From an uncultured Nitrososphaeraceae archaeon (lineage in GTDB: Archaea; Thermoproteota; Nitrososphaeria; Nitrososphaerales; Nitrososphaeraceae), in contig CAWIMJ010000012.1 of the NCBI GenBank assembly GCA_963837175.1, positions 64,001 to 128,000 of the forward strand: DNA of 64,000 bases. Direction: 5' to 3'. Numbering within the stretch: position 1 is the first letter of the stretch; the number at the start of each line of letters is the position of its first letter. A program made the position numbers and the translations under genes. Below, piece by piece: positions 31,215 through 42,887 of this stretch. The notes beneath the pieces were generated by a model. The model worked only from the letters and a program-made list of their open reading frames with translations. It ran no database searches and had not been told where the DNA came from.

Positions 31215-32060
31215 TTGTCATCTCAACAAATAAGTAAACTCAAATTAGTCCTTTTACTTATCTCATCATATATTGTTGTTGAATTCATTAGTGGTTTATT
31301 AACTGGCAGTTTGGCTTTGATTGCTGACGCTGGGCATATGCTTGCTGATGCAGGAGGTCTTACTTTGGCTCTTTTTGCCATAAATTTTTCTACCAAGCCC
31401 GCAACTCCACAACGAACTTATGGCTTTTATAGAATAGAAATACTTGCAGCATTGGCAAATAGTGCTGTATTGATCTTGGTCTCTGTATATATTATATATG
31501 ATGCATACGAACGTATTATTGAGCCTCCTCAGATAAAAGGAACTGCACTAATAATAGTAGGTACCATTGGCTTAGTAGTGAATTTGGTTGGAATGTATAT
31601 TCTCAAAGGTCATGCTAGTGGGAATCTGAATATAGAAGGTGCATATTTGGAAGTTCTTAAAGATACTCTAGGTTCTGTTGGCGTTGTTGTCGTTGGTGTG
31701 ATAACATCTATTAGTGAATTTTATCTGATAGACCCAATTATCAGTGTTGGCTTGGCATTTTACATACTTCCTAGGACATGGTCATTGATGAAAAAGTCGA
31801 TCAACATATTAATGGAGGGAGTTCCTATAAATATATCTTATGAGGAAGTAAAGAAAGCCATACTGCAGATAAAAGGCGTAACAGGCATATTTGAAATGCA
31901 TATATGGACTATAACATCCGGGATGGATGCAATCACAGCACATGTAGTAGTAAGCGATCCTAGTAAATCACAAACAATTCTAAAGGCAATATCTTCTATG
32001 CTAGAAAACAGGTTTAAAATTACTCATACAACAATTCAAATAGAAACTTATCATACTTAA
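31215..32060 (+). CDS. czcD: Cation diffusion facilitator (CzcD/ZitB-like)
   Basis: SLALIADAGHMLAD, TYGFYRIEILAAL, ILMEGVP, HIWTI, HTTIQIE. Confidence 0.9.
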   Translation: MSSQQISKLKLVLLLISSYIVVEFISGLLTGSLALIADAGHMLADAGGLTLALFAINFSTKPATPQRTYGFYRIEILAALANSAVLILVSVYIIYDAYERIIEPPQIKGTALIIVGTIGLVVNLVGMYILKGHASGNLNIEGAYLEVLKDTLGSVGVVVVGVITSISEFYLIDPIISVGLAFYILPRTWSLMKKSINILMEGVPINISYEEVKKAILQIKGVTGIFEMHIWTITSGMDAITAHVVVSDPSKSQTILKAISSMLENRFKITHTTIQIETYHT

Positions 32061-32470
32061 TACAGACCTTGAACAGAAGGAAGATAAGAGTATGATATCA
32101 AATTGGCGAGCATAGGTGATAGATAACGAATTTTGCTTTTTGTAAGTATAATACGTTCTTGAACATACTCTTGATACAGTCTCACCATTGAGATTTACAT
32201 AGATTTTGAAACAGGTTAATTCATTCAGCATAGATATATCTTATTGCAACTTTCAAGTAAAATGTAAAGATAATAAAAAATGATTTTATAGATAGTCGGT
32301 CGATATTATATATTCAATCGATATACCATGATTGTTAGCATAAAAGAATATCAATCAGATGTTTTGCCGACATTGACGAAATCAAACTAATAAGATATTT
32401 AGAATGTCATATTCATCATATAGAATCATGATTATTTATATTATCAATCAACAATAAATAATGCCATCAA

Positions 32471-33470
32471 TTGAGTAGTATTCTTCAAGTAAATAATGTC
32501 AAAAAATATTTTGCTGCGAATATAGGTCTTCCTCAGATATTTCATTCAAAAGACAGACATTATATCAAGGCAGTAGATGATGTAAGTTTCAAAATTGAAA
32601 AAGGAAAAGTGTTTGTTCTCGGCGGTGGCTCTGGATCTGGAAAGACTACTTTGGCAAGATTAATTTTACGCGCAATTGATCCAGATAGTGGATCGATATT
32701 ATTTGATAGAGAAGATATTACGAGAGCTACTGGCAAGAAATTAAAGAAGTTCCGCATAAATACACAGATGATACATCAAGATCCTTATACATCTATTAAT
32801 CCGCGTATGAAAATAATGGATATCATAATGGAACCATTAAATATCTACAATAAACAAGATACAAAACAACAGCATATTGAAAAAGTATTGAAATCGTTAG
32901 AGGATGTACAGTTTGGAACCTGCTATAGATACCGCTGAGAAATTTCCACATATGCTTTCAGGAGGTCAACGACAAAGAGTGTCTTTGGCAAGAGCACTTG
33001 TTCTCAGGCCAAAATTAATTGTAGCTGATGAACCTGTCTCTATGCTAGATGTTTCTATTAGAGCTGAAATATTAGAACTTATGAAAAATTTAAAAGATAG
33101 ATTTCAAATTTCCTATCTCTATATTACCCATGATCTGTCTACTGCAAGATACATAGGAGATAATATCGCGATAATGTTAAATGGTAAAATAGTTGAGATA
33201 GGTCCTATAGAACGGGTTTTGTTAAATCCACTTCATCCGTACACACAAGCGTTAATTGATGCGGTTTCTGAACCCAATCCGGATAATAATTTGCAAAATG
33301 AAAAACAAATTCGTATTAGAGAGGCGGAAGAGACAGTTCTAGCTGAAAACGGTTGTAAATTTTTCTATCAGTGCCCATATTCTATGGATAAGTGTAAAAA
33401 CGAACCAAAGTTATCAGAAGAGGAAAAAGACCACTTTGTAGCTTGTTTTATTTACCCTCAACGGATCTGA
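32471..33470 (+). pseudogene. Oligopeptide/dipeptide ABC ATPase (OppF/DppF) split by a +1 frameshift (possible assembly error)
   Basis: Part 1 has Walker A GGSGSGKTT and QDP; part 2 has LSGGQRQR, ADEP, HPYT and the Cys cluster. They join as LEDVQ-LEPA by deleting one T at 32912-32914. Confidence 0.85.
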
Positions 33471-36400
33471 TCTCCGCAAGGGACAGTTGATTTGGATGTC
33501 TATATTTTACAACCTGAGAAACTCCATTTTTAGAATATACACCATAAATAAGGTTTACTTTGGTTATAGTAGAATCTTTCAAAGTAACCATTACAATTTG
33601 ATTATCTTTTGAGCGCTCAAGCAGAACTTGGGATAACCTTTCAGTATTTTGAGCGTCAAGATGAGCATCAACCTCATCCATCAGATAGAAGGGCGACGGT
33701 TTGAGCGATTGAATTGCTAATAGAAAGATTGTCGCGGCCATGGTTTTTTCCCCTCCTGATAATGCTGTTGATTCACGACCTACTTTCCCTGGAAATTGTG
33801 CCATTAACATTATCCCGCTTGAAAATACATCTTCAACATTCTCTATCTCTAACCATGCTATTCCACCTGTTACATCTGAGAAAGTCTTCCTTATGTCATT
33901 ATCAACTTTATTAAATGCGTCCATGAATACGTTTTCCTTTTCTTTGATAATTTCCTCTATAAAAAGGACAATAGAATTGCGTTCCAGTTCTAGATGGTTC
34001 TTTCTATTAGACATCCCTCGATAGCCTTCAATGACTTGGACATAGCTTTCATCTGCACGTAAGTTAATTCTAGCTTTTGTTGCTTCATATTCATTCGTGA
34101 GTTCTTTAATAATTGTATCAACATCAAATGTTTCCAGCAAGCTCGTATATCCTAACCAATGCAGATCGTTAGTCAAGCGCGACTCTTGTTCATTTTTATC
34201 CACAATGTCCTTTCGAAGTAATGCATTGTCCTTTTCTATAGTATTATACTCTTTATTGAGTTTTCTTTCATTTTCATTTAACAGTTTCAATTTTTTTTCA
34301 TATTCTTGTATTATAGTATATGAGCTGCCCGAAGAGTCTATTATCTGCTGTTCCTGGTCTCTAATAGACTTAAGCTCTAATTCAATTGATTTTAATTTTA
34401 TTTCTAATTCTTTTGCCTGAGCAATTCTTTGGCTGAGTTCTGATATTAATCGCTCCTTCTCATCTTCTATTCCCTTCACTCGTTCTAAACTTATTTCGAT
34501 TTTGCTATTTACGCCTGCTGTCGATGTCATTAGTTGACGCAATTCAAAATCTACTTCTTCTATGGATTTGAGGAATAGATTTCTTCTTACATTTAATTCA
34601 GTCAATACATTTCTAATGGAGGAATCATCTACACCACCTAATCTTTCTGAAACCCTCTTCATAGAAGGCGTTAGAATTGAAAGGCGCCGTAAAATTTTGT
34701 TTACATCAATTGCTAGGGTATTACTTTCTGACTGAAATAGTATATTATCAGAGGTGAGCTGTTCTTGTCTTTTCTGTAGTTGTTCTATCATAATCGTATG
34801 AGATGAAATTTGATGATTCAAATTGATAATTCTTGCTTCAATTTTTATTTTCTCAGATTCTGAAGAATCAAGTTTTGAGACGATTTCTTCTAGATCGTGT
34901 TTCTTTGTCTCAATTGTAGTTCGTAATGCCTCGAGAGAACCTCTTAGAATATCAACAGTTGCACTAAGAAGAATCGCCTTTGTGAGATCTGAAATTTTGG
35001 ATCCAAAATCCAATAACATACAAGTCCCTTTAGGTTCAAAAAGCTCGCCATCAACCGATACTGCCCTGTATCCTTGTTTTGACAGAATATATGCCGCTGT
35101 GGGACCTTTAACAAGAAAGGTATTGCCAAATATAAAATTGTTTAGTTCTTTATGATCAGAATATACAAAATCTGCTAAATTACCAATAATGTTAACATCT
35201 TCATAAGGAATTTTATACGATTTGACGCATTTTAATATATCTAAAGGAATAATCTTAAGACGAGGCAATTTTTTTGTCTTTGCATATTCAGCAATTGAAA
35301 TCATTGATTTTACATTATCGACTACAAATGCCTTCATCCAATCTGAACCAGCTGCAAAAATTGACTTTTCATATTTTTTGTCCCACATTATAATATGATG
35401 AACCAAACCTTTGATTCCAAATTTTTCTGAATCTTTCATTAAATCTGCAATAGCAAAGTCTTCATTCCTAGCGTTCTCTGCAATATTATACTTTGCTTCA
35501 TATTTTGTCGTGATATTGTCTGCTCTACTTAACAGAATAGATGAATTTCTTAGCTCATTTTCATAGCCGCTTTTTAAAGATTTTAAATTTTCAATTGTCC
35601 TATCTTCAGCTTCCAATTTTGTGTTTTGTAATTTCAAGGTTTCATAAAGATCCATCAATAACGTCTTACTATTATCTAGTTCAGTTTCTAAAGCAAAGGC
35701 ATTGAATTGATTAGTTTTTAATTTCTCTTCATTAGCTTTAACTTTTTCTTCAAGCCTTGCAAACGAAATGTCAAGGTCATTTTTGATTTGAGAAAGTCTA
35801 CTATATCTATATTTTAATTTATTGCTGACTTTCGCGTAAATTGTAGTTCTTTTAGTGAGTGTATCTATTTCATTATTGATATCTTCCAACTCTCTTTTTA
35901 AGACTATAATCTTGGATGATTTGTTATTCATAATAGTCTTGTTTTGATCAGCCTCATATTGAAAATTATCTAATTGCTTGTTCATGTTTTGTTTTTCGAA
36001 ATTGATTGAAGAAATTCGCTTTTCAATTTGAAGGCAACGCTGTTCAGACTCCTTTATCATCGCTTTCGTTCTTTCAGAGTCATACACGATGTTTGCTATT
36101 CTGCTACCAATTTGTGCCTTATATTTATTAGCAAGATCTATTTCTTGAATAAATTTCATCTTTTCTAAATCAATTTTCTGAATTTGTGATTGGATTTCTT
36201 CGATCTGTTTGGACAATCCTGTAACTTTAGAACTATTGGATTCGAAAAGTTCTTTCTGCAATTCCAGGTTATTTCTGACTGAGATTATTGCATTTGAAAC
36301 TTGAATCGCTTTAAATCTTTTAAGTTCGGATTCTAATTGTTCATATCTTAATTGGTCATTTCTCTCTATCTCTAATTCATCAATTCGCATTCGAATTTCT

Positions 36401-36990
36401 CCCATCCTTGCAAGCGCAACTTCAAGTCGTCTGTCAGATTCGTCCAGCTGCTTTAATGCCTCTGTTTTCTTTTCATCAAAGTATGAGAGTCCAACTATGT
36501 CCTCAATAATCTTCCTACGCTCCTCTGCATTTAATTCAGAGATACGAGTTATCATTCCTTGCTGAACAATATTTATCTTGTTTGGAGCAGCTAGCACTAC
36601 TTCTAGCAATTCCAAAATAGTGGTTTTAGATACCTTTTTGCCGTTAAGAAGGTATTGACTGTCTCCTGTTTGGCCTTCCATTTCTCTTGTTAAGCTTACA
36701 AAATCAGAATCTATAGGAATGCCTCTATCCACGTTATCAAAAGTTAAACTTACTCTAATGAGTCGGTGTGAGCTATTTTGACTATCATGAAATAGGGATT
36801 GAAGTTTATCGATGCGTAATGCTTTAGGACTATTTTCCCCTATTGCAAACAATATAGCATCTAAAATGTTGCTTTTTCCTGAGCCATTAGGTCCTGTAAC
36901 GGCTACAAGTCCTTTTTCAAAACTAATTAACGTATTCCTGAAACCAAATGACTTAAAGCCATAAATTTCGAGTTTTTTAATGTGAACCAA
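33448..36990 (-). CDS. smc: Chromosome segregation protein SMC
   Basis: GFKSF, GPNGSGKSN, central hinge, LSGGEK, MDEVDAHLD; 1180 aa. Confidence 0.95.
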   Translation of the reverse strand: MVHIKKLEIYGFKSFGFRNTLISFEKGLVAVTGPNGSGKSNILDAILFAIGENSPKALRIDKLQSLFHDSQNSSHRLIRVSLTFDNVDRGIPIDSDFVSLTREMEGQTGDSQYLLNGKKVSKTTILELLEVVLAAPNKINIVQQGMITRISELNAEERRKIIEDIVGLSYFDEKKTEALKQLDESDRRLEVALARMGEIRMRIDELEIERNDQLRYEQLESELKRFKAIQVSNAIISVRNNLELQKELFESNSSKVTGLSKQIEEIQSQIQKIDLEKMKFIQEIDLANKYKAQIGSRIANIVYDSERTKAMIKESEQRCLQIEKRISSINFEKQNMNKQLDNFQYEADQNKTIMNNKSSKIIVLKRELEDINNEIDTLTKRTTIYAKVSNKLKYRYSRLSQIKNDLDISFARLEEKVKANEEKLKTNQFNAFALETELDNSKTLLMDLYETLKLQNTKLEAEDRTIENLKSLKSGYENELRNSSILLSRADNITTKYEAKYNIAENARNEDFAIADLMKDSEKFGIKGLVHHIIMWDKKYEKSIFAAGSDWMKAFVVDNVKSMISIAEYAKTKKLPRLKIIPLDILKCVKSYKIPYEDVNIIGNLADFVYSDHKELNNFIFGNTFLVKGPTAAYILSKQGYRAVSVDGELFEPKGTCMLLDFGSKISDLTKAILLSATVDILRGSLEALRTTIETKKHDLEEIVSKLDSSESEKIKIEARIINLNHQISSHTIMIEQLQKRQEQLTSDNILFQSESNTLAIDVNKILRRLSILTPSMKRVSERLGGVDDSSIRNVLTELNVRRNLFLKSIEEVDFELRQLMTSTAGVNSKIEISLERVKGIEDEKERLISELSQRIAQAKELEIKLKSIELELKSIRDQEQQIIDSSGSSYTIIQEYEKKLKLLNENERKLNKEYNTIEKDNALLRKDIVDKNEQESRLTNDLHWLGYTSLLETFDVDTIIKELTNEYEATKARINLRADESYVQVIEGYRGMSNRKNHLELERNSIVLFIEEIIKEKENVFMDAFNKVDNDIRKTFSDVTGGIAWLEIENVEDVFSSGIMLMAQFPGKVGRESTALSGGEKTMAATIFLLAIQSLKPSPFYLMDEVDAHLDAQNTERLSQVLLERSKDNQIVMVTLKDSTITKVNLIYGVYSKNGVSQVVKYRHPNQLSLAEIRSVEGK

Positions 36991-37073
36991 TGATCAGTTG
37001 CTAATGAGAGTTTTAACGTGACTATTATGTGTTATAGAGTATTATGGATCTCCTTTTTGTAAAAATTTTTAGC

Positions 37074-38141
37074 CTATCGTTCTCTCTTTCCTTCCACAAA
37101 CTCTATGAAATTTGCTTTGGCTTGGGAATATGGCATTTGTATAGGAGGATGTTTAAAACAATATGCAGAAATGCTCTCAAGTGGACCAGAAATACCTCTA
37201 TCAAGAGCCAATTTTGCTCCTCTTATTGCATCGATCATTACTCCTGCACTGTTATATGCATCTACTACACGTAGTTTAAGATCTAGTTCTACTGGCATAT
37301 TACCAAAATATCTGCCTTTCATTGAGATATAACATATTTTGTCATTTTCTAAGAATCTAACAAAATCTGAAGGTCCAATACGCATAGGAATTGAATACGG
37401 TATCATTGCTTCTACTGCACTTGTCTTACTTATTCTTTTGTCTTCAAGTCTTTCGTCATCAAGCATATTGTAAAAATCCATGTCACCGCCTATATTCAGC
37501 TGATAAGTTTCATCTATCTTTACTCCCCGGTCAACGAACAATTTTACTAATGTTTTGTGTAATACAGTAGCACCTAATTGACTCATTACATCATCGCCTG
37601 CACACGGAAGATTTCTATTTTGAAATGATTGTTGCCATTTTGGCATAGATGCAATAAAAACAGGTATAGCATTAATAAAACAAACTCCTGCATCAAGACA
37701 TTTTTCAGCATAAAATTGGCTTGCACGTCGACTTCCAACAGGAAGGTAATTTAAAAGAACCTCTGCCTGAGTGTCTTTTAGGACCTTTGCGATATCTGTA
37801 GTTGGCTTATTAGAGATTTTGACCTTTTCATTATAGTGCTTACCTATCCCGTCTAACACCTCTGCCTTTTCAACCTTGACATTCATTTTATCTACATCAT
37901 AAATCTTGACTGTGTTGTTTGGTTTCTCAAAGATTGCTTCGGAAAGGTCTTTATCTACCTTGGTATCCACAACATCAAAAGCTGCAACAAATTCAATATC
38001 ATTAGGTTCAAATCCTCCTAAGTTATAGGCAGTAAGACCTATTGACTCTGTTCTATTTCTATTGTAATAACCAATACCTTGAATAAGAGCAGAGGCACAA
38101 TTTCCAATACCTGCAATGGCAACGCGAATTTTCTTAGGCAT
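37074..38141 (-). CDS. ino1: myo-inositol-1-phosphate synthase
   Basis: GIGNCASAL, NYLPVGS, GDDVMSQLGAT, YQLNIGG, NSAGV. Confidence 0.93.
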   Translation of the reverse strand: MPKKIRVAIAGIGNCASALIQGIGYYNRNRTESIGLTAYNLGGFEPNDIEFVAAFDVVDTKVDKDLSEAIFEKPNNTVKIYDVDKMNVKVEKAEVLDGIGKHYNEKVKISNKPTTDIAKVLKDTQAEVLLNYLPVGSRRASQFYAEKCLDAGVCFINAIPVFIASMPKWQQSFQNRNLPCAGDDVMSQLGATVLHKTLVKLFVDRGVKIDETYQLNIGGDMDFYNMLDDERLEDKRISKTSAVEAMIPYSIPMRIGPSDFVRFLENDKICYISMKGRYFGNMPVELDLKLRVVDAYNSAGVMIDAIRGAKLALDRGISGPLESISAYCFKHPPIQMPYSQAKANFIEFVEGKRER

Positions 38142-38554
38142 AAAAAAGTTTTCATATTTACAGGCTATTTAATCTATTTATTAAAAAAGGAAGATGTCTT
38201 ACAGACATTAATCTAGATAGAGATGTCATATTTCAACCATTTGCCATATTGTAGTTAATAAAGCAATTTAACTGATTTTATTGATAGTTTGTCATTTGTA
38301 GAAGATAGAATATGCAAAAAAAGATGTGAATTATGATGTAATCATGGACTTAATACAAGGAGCTTATCGTGCTGGCAATTGAAAAGAAATATTTGACTTG
38401 TAATCTCATAGTCATATATAATAATAGTAATAATATGTACAAGATGACTGCAAAGCATTTATTTAAGAGAGTACATCCTCAAAGTAACGTTAGTTTACCT
38501 TCTTGCCATATTAAATGAATAAAATATATGCATACATCTAGTTTATTCTACTTT

Positions 38555-39241
38555 TTACTTTCCTTCTTTTTGTTGTTGATGTTGATGATATTCTTCTTTG
38601 GTTGACGAAGGATTCCAATAGAGATGGGACCAATATTCAGCCATTCTTCCTGTATTTCTAACAAATTCGTTGTATGTTACAATCCATGCCATTGCATAAT
38701 TTTTCCATAAGCCGATACCTGTTGTAAATACATTAGGATACTTCAGATTCTCTTGTTTTCTATTATTTTCTCTGTTTTGTATGTTTTTTTGGTCTGATAT
38801 TATTAGTCCTGTTTTTGTCACTTCCCCTTCTTTTGACTCTCTGAGGATAGATGCTTGTTGTTCTTCTATCGATGGATTTATGGCTGGAGTATCTGTATTA
38901 ATATTATTATTATCGGTAGTCTCAGTATTTCCCATTTCTTTCCTTCTTGGCTCTTTCTTTTCAGTAGTGGATAGTGCTTCCTTCATATCTTTTTCTCGCA
39001 TAGTAGATGACTCTTTGATTTCTACCATTGCATTGTATCTTGATGAATCAAAAACTTCAGGAATGGTTTCTTGTATTGTTCGTTCTCTTTGTGCTAATGA
39101 TGAGGAAGAAGAAGATTCTTCATTCTCAGATTGCCTCTTTTTTCCTTTAGTGTTATTTTCTTCAGGACTATTATTATTATTTCTAAGGTAATCTTTACTG
39201 GCTTGTTTAATTCGTTTGCTTTTATTTTTTCTTTTTACCAT
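38555..39241 (-). CDS. Low-complexity hypothetical protein with Trp-rich C-terminal helix
   Basis: 228-aa ORF, charged/disordered N-terminus, then LWKNYAMAWIVTYNEFVRNTGRMAEYWSHLYWNP. Confidence 0.65.
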   Translation of the reverse strand: MVKRKNKSKRIKQASKDYLRNNNNSPEENNTKGKKRQSENEESSSSSSLAQRERTIQETIPEVFDSSRYNAMVEIKESSTMREKDMKEALSTTEKKEPRRKEMGNTETTDNNNINTDTPAINPSIEEQQASILRESKEGEVTKTGLIISDQKNIQNRENNRKQENLKYPNVFTTGIGLWKNYAMAWIVTYNEFVRNTGRMAEYWSHLYWNPSSTKEEYHQHQQQKEGK

Positions 39242-39618
39242 ATATAATTAACCTGTTATCCTACGAAATCTTTGCGGTTATATAAAACATTAAAGCCATT
39301 CGATTTGTTTTAGATTGTGAGATGTCCACAAGGGACCAATAAGATCACTGACTATGCTCCGATATAAATATACTAGGAGTAAGTGAAAATTACTATCCGA
39401 TAAAACATACAACATTGAAATTGACTCTAATTTAAATATATTTTGTAATTATCATCAAATGTGCTCATTAAAATAGCCTACTGAACATAAATAAGATGAT
39501 TCAATTTTGTATACAGATTAAAAGTTATTAAACTTTATTCTGATGAAAAACACTCAAGTATTATGCTTATTCCTATTTTTATCATAATAGATAAATATTC
39601 ATTTGCCATGAATTTTTA

Positions 39619-39942
39619 TTATTTCTGAAGCCCTACGAGGTGACCTTCCTGTTCTAGTTTATCTGCATGAGCGGAGATGTATCTCCATACAATATCAGCT
39701 TTGTCAGACTGGAAATCCCAAGGGGCAACAAGTACCAGATCATTATCTCTGATCCACATTCTGCGCTTAATCTTTCCACGAATACGACACGTCCTTACCT
39801 TACCATCAGTACACTTGACAATGATGTTATCACCTCCAACAAGTTTGATAACACGACCAAGCATTTCTCCTTTCTGTGGTATGACCATTTCCTTTAGTGC
39901 TGCTTCATTGAGTACTTTTCTTTTGCCTAACTTTAAAACCAA
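39619..39942 (-). CDS. eif1a: Translation initiation factor aIF-1A
   Basis: GGDNIIVKCTDGKVRTCRIRGKIKRRMWIRDNDLVLVAPWDFQ. Confidence 0.95.
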   Translation of the reverse strand: MVLKLGKRKVLNEAALKEMVIPQKGEMLGRVIKLVGGDNIIVKCTDGKVRTCRIRGKIKRRMWIRDNDLVLVAPWDFQSDKADIVWRYISAHADKLEQEGHLVGLQK

Positions 39943-40137
39943 TAGTTATTTCAATTACAAAGTTAAAAATGTAGTGATTAGATAACATTGTCACCACCAC
40001 GGTCTCAATATGATTCCATTTATATAAACAATAATAACTTGCTCATAAGATAAATATACGATATCTCACCGAATCACTTAATTTAATTCTTAAAAGATAA
40101 TAATTTATTTGAATAGTAGTTCTGTTATGATGCTATC

Positions 40138-40947
40138 TTATAATCTAATCTTTATGCCATTTTTCTTTAGATATTTTTTCACTTTATCTATAGTTGATTT
40201 CTTATAATGAAAAATAGATGCTGCCAATGCTGCATCTACATCTGCCTTTTCAAATACTTCTAGCATATGTTTTGGACTGCCGCAACCTCCTGAGGCAATA
40301 ATGGGAATACGGGTTGCTTGACAAATCTCTTTTGTCAGCATAATATCATATCCGTTCTCTGTTCCGTCAGAGTCAATACTAGTTAGAAGGATCTCGCCTG
40401 CTCCACGTGATTCTACTTGTTTAGCCCATTCTATTGCATCGATTCCTGTTCCCTCTTTTCCACCATAAATTCTAACTTCAAACCAGAATTCAGTTTTATT
40501 TTGAATTCCATCGTAAAAAAAATTCTTCCCACCTTTTCCATAGTTTCTTTTAGCATCTATTGCAACTACTATGCATTGTTTACCAAAAATGTACATTAAT
40601 TCATTAATTAATTCTGGATTTTTCACAGCAGCAGTATTAATAGATACTTTGTCTGCACCATTCAATAAAATATCACGAGCATCTTCTAACTTCTTGATCC
40701 CTCCACCTACAGTAAATGGAATATCAATAACACTCGCCACCTTTCGAACAACATTTCTCATGGTTTCTCTGCCTTGTTGCGATGCAGTAATATCAAGAAA
40801 AATAAGTTCGTCAGCTCCTTGCTTGATATATTTTTGTGCAAATTCTACAGGATCACCGGCATCTTTTACTTCTGCAAAATGAACTCCCTTTACTACACGA
40901 CCATTATCAACATCCAAACAGGGAATAACTCTCTTTGCTAATGCCAT
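40138..40947 (-). CDS. hisF: Imidazole glycerol phosphate synthase cyclase subunit
   Basis: [45 protein letters not shown]. Confidence 0.96.
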   Translation of the reverse strand: MALAKRVIPCLDVDNGRVVKGVHFAEVKDAGDPVEFAQKYIKQGADELIFLDITASQQGRETMRNVVRKVASVIDIPFTVGGGIKKLEDARDILLNGADKVSINTAAVKNPELINELMYIFGKQCIVVAIDAKRNYGKGGKNFFYDGIQNKTEFWFEVRIYGGKEGTGIDAIEWAKQVESRGAGEILLTSIDSDGTENGYDIMLTKEICQATRIPIIASGGCGSPKHMLEVFEKADVDAALAASIFHYKKSTIDKVKKYLKKNGIKIRL

Positions 40948-40948
40948 T

Positions 40949-41659
40949 TTATGCTATAGTCTTTACTTTCTCTATACTTACTTTACCATCATAAAGCGCC
41001 TTACCCAGTAAGACAGCGTAACATCCTGCGCTCCTCACTCTGATAATGTCTTCTAAACTCGAAACTCCTCCACTTGCTGTTATTCTGGAATCGGCGAAAC
41101 TGCTTGCAAATGACAATATCATCACATCAGGTCCACTGAGTGTTCCATCTCTATCTATACTTGTCAGCAAAAATTCTCTGATACCCATTGCCATAAATAG
41201 ATTAATTGCATCAGCAATTCCGTAGTCGGAAGCCTCCCTCCAGCCATCAATCATGACTCTACCATTATTTTGATCAATTGAAATTACTAATTTTTCCGCC
41301 ATTTTCTTGGCTATCTGTCGTATGGAATCTGGTTCTTTGTAAGCCATTGTTCCAAGAACTACTTTAGCTGCATTTTTGTTAAGCATCTCTTTTACGGATT
41401 GAACTGATCTAATACCACCAGCCACTTGAACAGGAATTTTTACAGTTTCAATTATCTTAAAAATAATTTCATTATTATTAATGCCAGTTCGCAATGTTGC
41501 ATCTAAATCTACAACATGTAACATATCCGCACCCGTTGTTTCCCATTTCCTAGCAGTTTCTATAGGATTATCACTATATACAATTTTATTGGCAGGATCC
41601 CCCCTAACCAATCTGACAACATTTCCATTCATAAGGTCTATTGATGCTATTACCTTCAT
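40949..41659 (-). CDS. hisA: ProFAR isomerase
   Basis: [37 protein letters not shown]. Confidence 0.95.
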   Translation of the reverse strand: MKVIASIDLMNGNVVRLVRGDPANKIVYSDNPIETARKWETTGADMLHVVDLDATLRTGINNNEIIFKIIETVKIPVQVAGGIRSVQSVKEMLNKNAAKVVLGTMAYKEPDSIRQIAKKMAEKLVISIDQNNGRVMIDGWREASDYGIADAINLFMAMGIREFLLTSIDRDGTLSGPDVMILSFASSFADSRITASGGVSSLEDIIRVRSAGCYAVLLGKALYDGKVSIEKVKTIA

Positions 41660-42276
41660 TTTTTATCAGAACATATATTAAGAAAATTTTTTATTATAGT
41701 TGCCCCTAATTTGCCTGATTTTTCGGGATGGAATTGGGTACCGAATAAATTGCCTTCCTCAACTACTGCTGGAATGTTAACGCCGTATTCAGAAGTTGCA
41801 GCAACTATACTATTGTTTCTTGGCGCTATCAGATATGAATGGACAAAATAAGCCCATGATCCGTCCTTAATACCTTGTATTAACTTACTTTCTTTCTTGG
41901 TTATCTCAACATTGTTCCAGCCCATGTGTGGAACCTTGACTTTTTTCTTAGGTAACATTATTACTTTACCATCTAGAATTTTAAGACCTTCACGTGTTCC
42001 TTCTTCGCTATCACTAAATAACATCTCCATACCTAAACATATGCCAAGGATTGGCATAAAATTCTCAATAGACTGGCTGAATATTTCTTTATAGGGCTCA
42101 ATTGACTTGACTGCGGGATCGAAATTGCCTACTCCCGGCAGAACCAGACCATCAAATTTATCAAGACAGTTCATATCATGTATAATTAGGACATTCTGTG
42201 CGCCGTTTCTTTGCAAAGCGGCCTTCAAACTGAATAGGTTGCCTGCACCGTAATCGAATATTGCTACCTTAACCAT
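41656..42276 (-). CDS. hisH: IGP synthase glutaminase subunit
   Basis: DYGAGNL, LPGVG, GICLG, PHMGWN, QFHPEKS. Confidence 0.95.
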   Translation of the reverse strand: MVKVAIFDYGAGNLFSLKAALQRNGAQNVLIIHDMNCLDKFDGLVLPGVGNFDPAVKSIEPYKEIFSQSIENFMPILGICLGMEMLFSDSEEGTREGLKILDGKVIMLPKKKVKVPHMGWNNVEITKKESKLIQGIKDGSWAYFVHSYLIAPRNNSIVAATSEYGVNIPAVVEEGNLFGTQFHPEKSGKLGATIIKNFLNICSDKK

Positions 42277-42878
42277 TACATAACACCTTTTGTGCTAGGT
42301 ACTCCTTCACTTTTCTGGTCAATACTAGCAGCCATTCGGAGTGATACCGCAAATGCTTTTACCACCGATTCAATTTTATGGTGGTCATTGTCTCCATATT
42401 CGACAATTATATGTGTACATGCATTCAAGTTTTGTGCAAGTGATCTTATGAAGTGTTCTATATCTTCCCTTGGGATCCCTTCGACGCTATCCCTAGATAA
42501 TTTTAATTGTATAACGTAAAATTGACGTTTCACAAGATCTATCGTTACATATGCCAAAGACTCATCCATGGGAGTCATTGCGTATCCAAATCGTATGATG
42601 TGTGACCTGTCACCAAGTGCCTTGTCTATAGTTTGTGAAAGTGCGATTGAAATATCTTCTACTAGGTGATGGATGACGCTATCTTTGGATTTTGCTGTTA
42701 GAATAATATCTATATGGGCATGTTTACCAATGGATGTAATAAGATGATCATAAAAGGGAAGACCTGTTTTGATATCCGTCTTTCCTGTACCATCAATATT
42801 TACCTCTACTACGACAGAGGTCTCTTTAGTGATTCTTTCCATCTTCGCAGTTCTTTTGACAGTAGCAGAAGAAACCAA
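42276..42878 (-). CDS. hisB: Imidazoleglycerol-phosphate dehydratase
   Basis: RITKET, HHLVED, PMDESL, NDHHKIE. Confidence 0.95.
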   Translation of the reverse strand: MVSSATVKRTAKMERITKETSVVVEVNIDGTGKTDIKTGLPFYDHLITSIGKHAHIDIILTAKSKDSVIHHLVEDISIALSQTIDKALGDRSHIIRFGYAMTPMDESLAYVTIDLVKRQFYVIQLKLSRDSVEGIPREDIEHFIRSLAQNLNACTHIIVEYGDNDHHKIESVVKAFAVSLRMAASIDQKSEGVPSTKGVM

Positions 42879-42887
42879 CGATAATCA

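Noticed and set aside
24378-36990. Two SMC-family ATPases plus a nuclease as a Wadjet/Lamassu-type defence system
   Set aside because: They are canonical Rad50 (zinc hook, with Mre11) and canonical SMC (hinge); no jet or lmu partner genes.
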